NCBI GenBank assembly: GCA_026026165.1
Contig: JAPEUD010000039.1
Span: forward strand, 186,001-222,532
DNA: 36,532 nucleotides
Source of the DNA: Sarea resinae
Lineage: Eukaryota
Direction: 5' to 3'
In this document: positions 12,291 through 21,772 of the stretch, one piece after another
Layout: every line of letters starts with the position of its first letter
Position numbering within the stretch: the stretch's first letter is position 1
The notes under the pieces: model-generated
Database searches by the model: none
The model's input: the letters and a program-made list of their open reading frames with translations, nothing else
Told to the model about the DNA's origin: nothing
Program-made: the position numbers and the translations under genes

Positions 12291-12330
12291 GCTATCCTCG
12301 CACAGGTATCCAGAAGCCAAGCAAGAACAG

Positions 12331-13599
12331 TCAAACCACACCGAGGGTCTCTGGAAAAGGGGCCACCACAGGGTGCGACCACGTCCAATCCAAGCCAACG
12401 GTACGCAAGGGCCAGGATATCAAATGCCGCCAGTCCGGAGGCAGTTTGGCATAGACAGCCTCGACGAGTCTGAAGCCCAAGTCCTGCGACCAGAAAATGT
12501 CCTTGGATCCATGAATCACGACGCTGTAGTGGGCCAGAATGACAAGCGCCATCGGCTCCCGAGCTCTCAGCAGCTCAATATACGGGCGGTCGATGAAGAC
12601 GAGCCAGAGGAAGACCACGGACTGGTGATCCGGATTGAGCATCGAAGCTTGAAAGGCTTTGATCAAGCCGTGGCTGGCCACTCGATAGACTGCTCTTGTA
12701 GGCTCGGGCTCCGAGAGGTTTCCGATGACTCGGTCGAGTTGCTCTAGAGCTGCGCTTACATCTTGCGTCAGCGGAGGGGAATCATCCCACGACCTTGGAC
12801 GAAGCAGAGGCTCAAGTGTTCCAGCCGCTATCTGGTTTCCGCCTGCCTTTACGATTTCGTGAACCCCACGAGCAAGTTGACAGATCTCCAATATGTCCTC
12901 GATAGGATCCTGTTTCTTCGACATGCCAGGCAACAGTGCCAACACGACGAGAAGAGAGGCGCATGCGATCAGTGCTTCACAATTCTCGGGCGTCACATGG
13001 TGAAGCTGTGGTCTGAACAGGGAAAGTGACAAGTCCTGGTGTTTCACTGCGGCGATTCGGTAGGACTCGCAATCGCCCAAGTGCGAGTGAACAAGATGGG
13101 CGGCGGAAACGGCAAGGAGGCAGTGCATGAGAAAAGCATGCGAGGCAGCCGCTTTCGGCACGCTGATTTGCCACATTCGCTGGAGCTTCGGCTGTCCCGC
13201 CAACGTAAAACAAACAACGGTGGAGAAGTGATGGAGCAATTCTAGGTCCTGAAGGGTGAAGCCCGCAGACGGCTGCGCTGCGATGACGGATATGACTGGC
13301 GGCGGCCGTAGTGTCAATGGTCGCCTACTTGAAGAGACCAAGGCGAGACTTGAGAATTCACACGTCTCTTCTCTCCTTGCGCAATTGCCACAGACAGGCC
13401 TTTGATCGTCGCACTACACACGCCCCAGTCAGTAAAGCTCCCTCTATCGACTCGCCACGGGAGGCGGTGGCCGAGGGCGGAATGCGAGGAACAAGATCAG
13501 CGGTGATGGATGCAGAGCGGCACTTCATACCTTGACCTTTCTGAATTTGCACTGGGTGCAGCCATGGCGGGACTTTTCATGAAAGCGCCGCGATGGCAT
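12331..13599 (-). CDS. Zn(II)2Cys6 transcription factor, Upc2/Ecm22-like
   Basis: Exon 1 MPSRRFHEKSRHGCTQCKFRKVK (ATG 13599) splices to CDDQRPVCGNCARREETCEF, giving six Cys. Then DLELLHHF, FLMHCLLAVSAAHL and REPMALVILAHY, typical of the Upc2-like C-terminal domain. Confidence 0.93.
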
Positions 13600-13649
13600 G
13601 GAGAACGGGTTGGGGAGTAGGGCAAGGTCAGTCGGTACAGGTAGGTGAT

Positions 13650-13680
13650 AGTGCTCGTTAGTGCTCGACAGTGCTCGTAC
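13650..13680. repeat. 10-bp-period tandem repeat AGTGCTCGnn x3 in the transcription factor leader/promoter
   Basis: Read directly: agtgctcgtt agtgctcgac agtgctcgta c. Confidence 0.85.
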
Positions 13681-13829
13681 TTCTTGCCTGGTGCAGAGAT
13701 ATATGGAGACCAGAGACGCCGAAGCGTAAGATGACGGGATGGATGGACTCTGGGGTCTGTCAGAGGAAGAGGATTAGCCCAGGGCGTCCCCAGTGAAGAA
13801 GGCCCGATGCCCCTGGGGCTATTGCCCTT

Positions 13830-13960
13830 CCGGTATGGTGTACGAAGTGCGAGGCATGTGTCGCTATCGCTTAGCTCCCGGGACTATTCTCTATTCTAGG
13901 CGGAGATCTTCCAGCGGAGTGGAGGGGCGCGACTGAGCCAAGACCGGTATAGTGTACGAA
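13830..13960. promoter_or_regulatory. Duplicated 17-bp motif CCGGTATRGTGTACGAA in the divergent TF/RTA1 promoter; candidate zinc-cluster binding sites
   Basis: ccggtatggtgtacgaa at 13830-13846 and ccggtatagtgtacgaa at 13944-13960 (one mismatch). Each has a CGG triplet and TACGA, the reverse complement of the Upc2/SRE core TCGTA. Function is inferred. Confidence 0.6.
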
Positions 13961-14110
13961 AGACGCGAGCATCCCGCCCGGACATACTATTTACAGTGGT
14001 TGATCCACAGCACTCACTAGATAAGGCAGTAAACATGTCGCCGCCGACTTGGCCACAGTCTCTGGAGCCATCAGATGCATTGCCACTGATTCGGATTCCG
14101 ACTCCCTATA

Positions 14111-14113
<3 letters not shown>

Positions 14114-14142
<29 letters not shown>
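14114..14142. repeat. (CT)14 microsatellite in the RTA1 leader
   Basis: Read directly. Confidence 0.95.
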
Positions 14143-14145
<3 letters not shown>

Positions 14146-14226
14146 CAACTCTTTTGGGATATCTTCTTCACCAAGTCATTCATTCGCTGCATAGTGCTGT
14201 TGTTCTTCGACCATCTATCGGCCATC

Positions 14227-15201
14227 ATGACGAAGAGCGGCCTCTGTCTGTCCTATTGCTACAAGTATGATCCTTCGATGGGCGCCGCCGTCGCCTTTGC
14301 CGTTCTTTTCTTCTTGACGACTTTCTGCCATGGCTACCAATTGATCCGCACGAGGACCTGGTATCTGATTCCGCTCTTCATCGGAGGCATCTGTGAGTGG
14401 ACCGGCTCTTTATCACGGTCGTGCTATCGTTCGGGTACTGATGTCTGCCGTCACAGTTGAATTCGTCGGATACATCGCGCGGGCCGAATCAAGCTCGCAG
14501 TCTCCAGACTTCACACTCGGCCCGTATATTGTTCAAACCATTCTTCTGCTTGTCGCCCCTGCCCTCTTTGCCGCCAGCATATACATGGAGCTGGGCCGAA
14601 TCATCCTGCTTGTCGAAGGGGAATCGCGTGCGATGATCAAAAAGCGATGGCTGACGAAAATCTTTGTCGCCGGAGATATACTTTCGTTCCTGGCACAGTC
14701 CGCCGGTAAGGATACCCGCGCTCGGAAGAAACTTTGATTGACGGTGCCATCAAAGGAGGTGCAATTATGGCCGGAAAAACTCAGGAGTCCGTAACCAACG
14801 GTTCACACATTGTCATTGCCGGCCTTGCCATCCAGCTCATCTTCTTCGGCTTCTTTCTGCTTGTCGCCGTGAGTTTCAACATATCCATCGTCAAAGCTCC
14901 CACCACTCGGTCTATCTCGACGACCATACCGTGGCGCAAGCACCTGATCACCCTTTATGCGGCCAGCATTCTCATCATGATTCGCTCCATCTTTCGGGTC
15001 GCGGAATACGTGCAGGGCGGCGATGGATACACCCTCAAACACGAGGTATTCCTCTATATCTTTGATTCCGTGCTCATGTTGGGAGTCATGATCATCTTCA
15101 ACATCATCCATCCAAGTGAGGTCCGAGCACTCTTGCGTGGGGGACAGTGGTCTTCCTCTGTCATCAAATTAAACACCTTTGAGCGATTAGAGTCTTTTTA
15201 G
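14227..15201 (+). CDS. RTA1-like protein (lipid-translocating exporter family, 7 TM)
   Basis: ATG 14227; YKYDPSMGAAVAFAVLF, spliced IGGI|FEFVGYIAR, PYIVQTILLLVAPALFAASIYMELGRII, LTKIFVAGDILSFLAQ, IRSIFRVAEY, HEVFLYIFDSVLM and IIHP. Two introns. Confidence 0.93.
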
Positions 15202-15712
15202 AGTTTTGATGCGCGGCATGGGTCAGGGTTTGAGTCGCCATATCTGAGTCTGATCTCTGTTATGAGAGAAAGTACCATGAGACAATCGATTTTGTTCGCT
15301 AGAAACGTACCTGCTAGGAATTTAGTATTCCGCTCATTCTTTGACTCCAATCCGAAATTATGTGAGTGATGCACTTAATTTCTCACTTTACAGAGGTCCA
15401 GTCAGCCTAAGAGTCCTGAATTTAACAACGTAATCACGGATTAAGCCCAGGGTTCTACGAATCCCCTTCTATTATGTATCTACCATCTTGCCTTCCGGGT
15501 CAATCGATCAGAGCACTCTAATCTGCGTCGCGATACACGACGATGTGGCACAATTTGTCAGCAGTACCGGCTCTTGGCGACAAGGCTGAGGCCAAGAACA
15601 TGGCTGAATTTCCTTCGCCTCGTTTAATTCTTCCCCATCCTAACTCAGTCGTCGTAACTTTTAGGACTTCGATTTCAACCAATGTTCTATTCTCGCTGCC
15701 CCAAGCTTGGTA

Positions 15713-18700
15713 ATGGCGAGGTCTCGCTCTTCCCTAAGTTCTGACTTCTACGACCTGTCCAGAGAATTAGCCACGGCTCGAAGGAACGCAGCCCGCAGGG
15801 ATGCTACCCGTGGAGATGCTGCTCGCCGGGACGAGATCCGTGCGAGATATGTACCAGAGCTAGATGTTGATGTTGATTTAGGTTAGAGCCCACCGTCCAA
15901 GTTGATTTGCGACGGTCCTCATTCCCAGCTAGCTTCTGCTTCCGAACCTTTAGGGCTTTCTTGCCCTCCAGAAGTCCTCGACGATTGGTCATTACCAAGT
16001 GAATCGCAGTGCAGATCATTGATACCCTTCGGAGACAAGGGGACTATAGTCAATATCAACGAACTTGGCGGAATTGTCCAGATCGCAAAATTTCTCAACA
16101 GAGGAGAAAATGGGATGTTTTCGGTCGAGAGTAACCTCATATCTGAGCCGCTTCTTCACGATACACGAGATCGCCAATTCGAGGAAGCAATTGGAAACTC
16201 TCATTTGGCTTTCGGTCTTCAGCTTGATTTTGGGACAGAAATTGAACAACAAGCTGTAGCATTTTTACACGACCGTTGGCCGATGCTTGGATCTCGATTC
16301 TATGATATCAGTGTCATCATGCAATTCCTTGTCGAGCAAGGCATCGTCTACCAGCAATGTCTTCTCTCGAATAGGTCTGCAGAAGAAGCTACGATAGATT
16401 TCAAACTTGAAACAGAGACCTGCATATACGAGCTCGATTACCACGACTCCGACTTGCCTTTTAATTATTTGAATCGGAATTTTCAAATACCTGGGCCCCA
16501 AGGCTTGAATCGCGTGCTTGTTAAGGAGCTCGGATCTGGCCCGGAAGCCGTTCAAAATGTGACACAACTATTTTTCGACGGCAAACCTATCAATCCAGAG
16601 ACAACGTCTATCACCATTCCAGGCCATGCTACTCGAGAGATCTTAGTTGCGTATAAGCTGCAGATTGCCCACGCAGAAAAGGCTGCAGCCGAGTCCTTGA
16701 CAATACGATACTTCGACGTGAGCCAGTTCCTGCGTCACCAGAATAACCAACGATGGGTTGTATCAAAAGATAAACGATGGAATTTTGTCTTCCGTCGACA
16801 CCTCGAACACCTCCTGTCAGTCGCAGCTGTGCCACTTGATCCAGATAATAATAACAGTCCAATCGTGTTCGTACCCGGCACTGTTTCTGCCTCGGAACCA
16901 AAAGTGGAATATGATATGTGAGCATGACTATGAAACCTACTCGGATAGCATATCTGATGAAGATGCTTGACTAGGGATATCCTCCACTTCCTTCTTTCGG
17001 CAAGCGTTATGCTAGCCGATGACTGCTCGGTGGACCAGGAATTGAAAACGAAGCTCCAGAGAAGAATACAGAATATTTGTAGAAGGTATCTCGAGCACAA
17101 ATCAGCATTTGCTCTCACTCGTCGCCTGTACCCAAAAGCTATGGGCAACTGGTTCGTCGGGAGGACGAGGATAGGGCTAGCTCTTTCTGGTGCAGTGCAA
17201 TTCGTGAATCTTCTTAGATACGTAAAAACGTATCCAGAAGAAATGGGCACGGTGCTCGACATGGTCAGGGTTTCACTCCAAATCTGGATTCAAGATTTAA
17301 ACGATAGTCGGGACCCAAGGACTTCGTTGTGGTGTCGTACCACGAAGAGAAATGTCCGCAAATATCGACTCGCTGATAACTTGTTGATATGGAAGGCCTT
17401 TCGATCATTACAACTCATAGTCGAACAAGCAAACTCATCTATAGACGGCGCTGATACCAGGATTGATTATATCAACAAAACCCTCGTGGAAGCAGTGTGG
17501 CCTGCAGAGCTTCAAAGCGTCATCCGTGATAGTTTTATCGTGGCCACAGACAATAAACGAAATGCAAAAGCATTCGCCACTTCGAGATCAAACCAGCAAG
17601 ACCGATTCCTGTTCTACTCTACAGACGCTATCTATTATGAATGTCTCCAGTGGGGCTTTTTCAATGATCATACGAGTCGGAATGCGTGGAATCAGACGAC
17701 TGAAGCACAGATCAAAGATCAAGAAAAGTCTTGGGTCAAACCGGAACGTTATCTGCTTGCGATCATTGCAGGGAGATATGGGCACCCTATCGGGACGTCA
17801 ACAAGTGCTAATGATTTAGCATCACGAGCGCGGCAAATACTTACGGAATCCGTGTCCTCCAGTGGGCTCTTCGCTCGGAGACTAGAGAAGATAACAAAAC
17901 GACCGTTGTATTTCAGTCATCCTAATCCGAAAGGTTCATGGATCTTGCTCGAAGAAGCCAATAGGCAGATGTCGCAAGTGTAAGCAAAAATATTTGGACT
18001 TTTTATCCAGCTTCCTTAATCTGCGAGTCATACTTACTACATCAGTGTACCTCAAGGGGAAAACAGCAGCAATCACCGAGCAACGACAGGACCATGCAAA
18101 TTACACGACCATGAGTTATTCGTACAAAACAGTAATATTTCCCAATCAAGGTCGAACTTGGATCCAAACGCTACAGGAGAGAGGGTGATTCAGTTACTAG
18201 AGCAGCTTTTGCGGCTGCAAGGAGACAAAGAGCAGCCGGAACATCTACAACAGTCTAATTCACGACTGATAAGGTCAAGAGAGTACATGAGGTTAGATCC
18301 TGTCAATGGAGACTATGCTCCAGATAAGAGTGGCAGCAAAGCATTCTCTTTAAGGAAAAGGACCGGTCGCAAACTAGCATTCGATCCGCAGATGGTTACA
18401 AATATGCAAGGTAAGCAAATTCCATCTCTATTGGTGATATTGATCTCTTAATCAGAAACAATATTTCAGATGAATGGCTCTTTCCGTACCCTGAATTTAT
18501 GGACTTTCAGCCTGCCTACGCCGTGGCATATGAGGATGACCTAGACGCCGATAGTTTCATGTCTCAAGAAGACCCCGAGGATTTGAGGGCCAAACAGCGT
18601 TCAGCGTATATTCGAGACAAAATCCTCTTAGAAGTCCGCAATATCATGAATGATCACTACGTGTCAAAGACACTCATCAAAGGAGCACAGATGTATTACC

Positions 18701-20967
18701 AGGAAGGAGGCCGTCCCAATCCACGGCCTTCCATGTCAGACGTCTACATCGTCAATATAGCCCGAAACGAATCTGAAGGCAGGAGGAGGAAACGGCGAGA
18801 GACGAAGATATACGCAAGGCTCAGCTGCTTGAGACTGGAAACACTCCTCAGGGAAAAGCGGACTTCTGCTGTAGCGAGGAAGCGTCTCATGTGAGTTGAC
18901 GGAACCTCTTATAATTTGGCGCGTTGATTCTAAAATTGGTTCAGTTATGTCCAGGAGCGTGGAAGAGGGAAGGAGTTTGCAGAGATTGCTTGCACAATTT
19001 ACCTCGCCTTGCCTGATCAAGAGAGGAAGTGCATTTCAGAGTTTATTGAGCGGTACAAACGTTTTGGAAGATTCTTTTCAGACAAGGTATGCAGTTTTAT
19101 GCTTGCTTTGATACCAGTGACTGATTATCCAGACTGATTTTGCCCAAAATGCTTGGGAAACCGAAATCCACCTCCCATTCTACAAGATGCATAGCTGGAC
19201 GGCGCAGGATGCTGAATCTCTTCACCGTACTTATGGCAGCGGCATCACGATCATGGTTCCAGGACGCCGCCCCAAGATCATATCGGAGGTTATTATTAGC
19301 TTCCGCTTTGTTGGCGACATGTTCGACAAATATTGGACTAGCTACGTTCTTGTCCATCTAGGAAGACCATCCAACGTCAGACAGTCTTCCTGGTTCCAAT
19401 TCAACGGCAGAGCTGGCGAAGACGAGGACTTTCATCAGCACTATCAACGTAAAGTCCTCGAGCTTTGCATCTTTCAACAAATGACAAAGGAAGCCACCAT
19501 CAGCACTGACGACATCATCAACCTGATTGAAGCTAGGATCGGCGAAGGGGTACAGTGTCTGACATGATGTTAAGGACTGGTGCTGACGTATTTCAACAGG
19601 CGATCAATCTGATCGGTGGTCCCACAGAAGACTCGCTGAGGGATGATCTTGCGAGCTCGTGTCCAAAGCTTCAGCAAACCCTGCGGCTTATAAAGGAGAA
19701 CCTGCGAGCGAACCTTGCCCTTGCAGACCGCTGGATAGGGCGAGACTCCCAAGCCGGAACGGAAAGGCCCCGGTGGACCGAAAAGGATGAGACTCGGTGC
19801 CGCGAGAAGATTACCAAAGAATCGATTCTAATCACAAGGAACATAGACAGAATGAAGAGCCAGCTGGAAAGGGTCGATAACATTTTAAAGGAAATCGAGA
19901 ACTTTCTCCTCTATGTTGGTTTCCCGTCACCATTGTTTTGATGTATTGGCTTACTCTCACTAGCACAACAGCGACAAACAACTCCGGGAAGCAAAACAAG
20001 CAACCCAGCAAGCTGAAGACGTACGGCTGTTTACATACGTCACCATTATCTTCCTTCCCTTGTCCTTTGCATCGGTTCGTCATATCACTTTGCACCCAGC
20101 TTTTAGGCTAATCTGATTGTAGAGCCTGTTCAGTATGGGGGGAACACCGTATGACTGCTAGTATGGACTATTAAGGAGTGCTTGCTGATAACGACTAGAA
20201 ATTCTTCCACAATATCTACCATGGCGCAAACATCGGTCGTCGCACTCTCTATAACACTGATTCTGCTCCTGAATTTCAAACTTCTCAATCGCCACCTGCA
20301 AGGGCTGGGTAACAAGTTGAATAAGCTGGCCATCGAGCAGATGCAGAAGAGCGTATTCTCAACTTGGAAACCCGTGGCCAAAGACCTCGAAGAGTCCCGC
20401 AAGCGCCGCATTCGTCGTACAGAGGTGCCCGAAAAGCACGAAAGCAGATGGTGGTACATCTGGTTCTGTCTTGCCGTCATCACATCCGAGCTCCCTGCGA
20501 GATGCATCACCTCTGCGGTTTTTGCCGTTCGAGAATTGAAAGAATCGAAGACCCGCGATTGGCCCACATCGCGGTATGTCTTCCTTGGGGCGCGAATGCT
20601 GGGTGGCCTTATCTTTGTGCCATGGCTCGTGACCGTCTTTCCAATGCTCTGGCTGTACGGCTTCTTCCAGATCAACGAGGAGCTGATCTGGGTCATGGCT
20701 CGAAATACCGAGGCGCCTTCATACAACGATTCCGATTCCGATTCAGACGGCGCCGCGACAGTGACTGGATTGGATGCCACTGACACTGCGATGACCACTT
20801 TCGACGCCAAGGTCGCGCATAGGGACATGGTTCGATGGCTGACGCATCCCGCCGGCATTGGGCTCAGGGGATTCAGGCTCAGAAATTACACCGACGACGC
20901 GGAACTGGTACACGATTCGTTGAGACGTTTTAATTCAGAAGCAGGGTCGACCCACGAAGAGTCGTAA
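15713..20967 (+). CDS. Large (roughly 1,600 aa) protein with a C-terminal CorA/ZntB-like coiled coil plus 2-TM module and an uncharacterised N-terminal region
   Basis: Track ORFs from 15902 to 20967 can be joined in phase by GT-AG introns (donors near 16918, 17980, 18411, 18891, 19087, 19550, 19915, 20076, 20149). The C-terminal part reads QRKVLELCIF...RPRWTEKDE...QQAEDVRLFTYVTIIFLPLSFAS|SLFSMGGTP, then a second TM. The start codon and first exon are uncertain; ATG 15713 is a guess. Confidence 0.78.
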
Positions 20968-21319
20968 TAAGACTTCAACTCAATACAACACTCGCACCAA
21001 TCTTATTACCGCTAGTTATAGATGATTCCTTTAATTCGAAATCTAATCAGAGACCTATATGCGATTCATACTGGCAGGATATATAAATGTCATGTATTGC
21101 GCAATCCCTAGCCGTCTCTATGTCTGCCTCTTGGTCTCTCCTTCCTGGCACCGCTGTAGCTTTTTAGCATTTTATAATATATTCGGAACACTTCCAAACG
21201 ATATAGTGATATAGCAGCCATTTGCGTCTTTAAATTGTCGCTCTACCCAAAACCTTGTCTCTCTACCCGATCCTGCACGTTCTACAACAACATCACTAAA
21301 CATAGTTTCTCAAGTCAAG

Positions 21320-21772
21320 TCATCCCCACGTGAACCGCTACCCACTAGAGCCGCGCAGACCTTAGAAGGTCTTTTGAAACCCTATAGATTTCTAGGGAGC
21401 GCAGAGCCGAGTCTCACTGTAATTCACATAGCCCTGACTACGTCACCCTTGAACGCCACGAAAATGTCCTGGATAAGCATCTGCCACTCTGTCTCGTCAA
21501 CTGCGAGGTCATGTCTGAGACTAGGGCTGCTATTGATTGTCTTGCTCTGCACCCCTAGCTCATCAATTTATAGCGTAGATGTCATTTTCCGCGTTTTCTC
21601 CACCGATCGGGACCAGGGCACTGGTTGGGACCACGACGAGAATATAGAGGTGGTTGGCGTCAATAGTGTTTGCTGTACCAGTCCCATTTTCAAATGCGTT
21701 ACTTATCCTGAGATCGTAAGACACTTCTTCTACCTCCTGGAATACTTCATTATCACTTTCCGCCGTTTTCAT
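21320..21772 (-). pseudogene. Small (about 150 codon) decayed ORF whose ATG overlaps the 3' end of the NLR gene
   Basis: ATG 21772: [30 protein letters not shown]...LVVVPTSALVPIGGENAENDIYAI. A 1-nt shift near 21568 continues as IDELGVQSKTINSSPSLRHDLAVDETEWQMLIQDIFVAFKGDVVR. A second shift near 21431 returns to the first frame: YVNYSETRLCAP*KSIGFQKTF*GLRGSSG*RFTWG, stop 21320. Confidence 0.55.

Noticed and set aside
20125..20165. Premature stop after SLFSMGGTPYDC suggesting the CorA-like gene is a pseudogene
   Set aside because: The stop lies in a GTATGA...GCTGAT...TAG intron (about 20149-20198) that splices in phase to NSSTISTMAQ.
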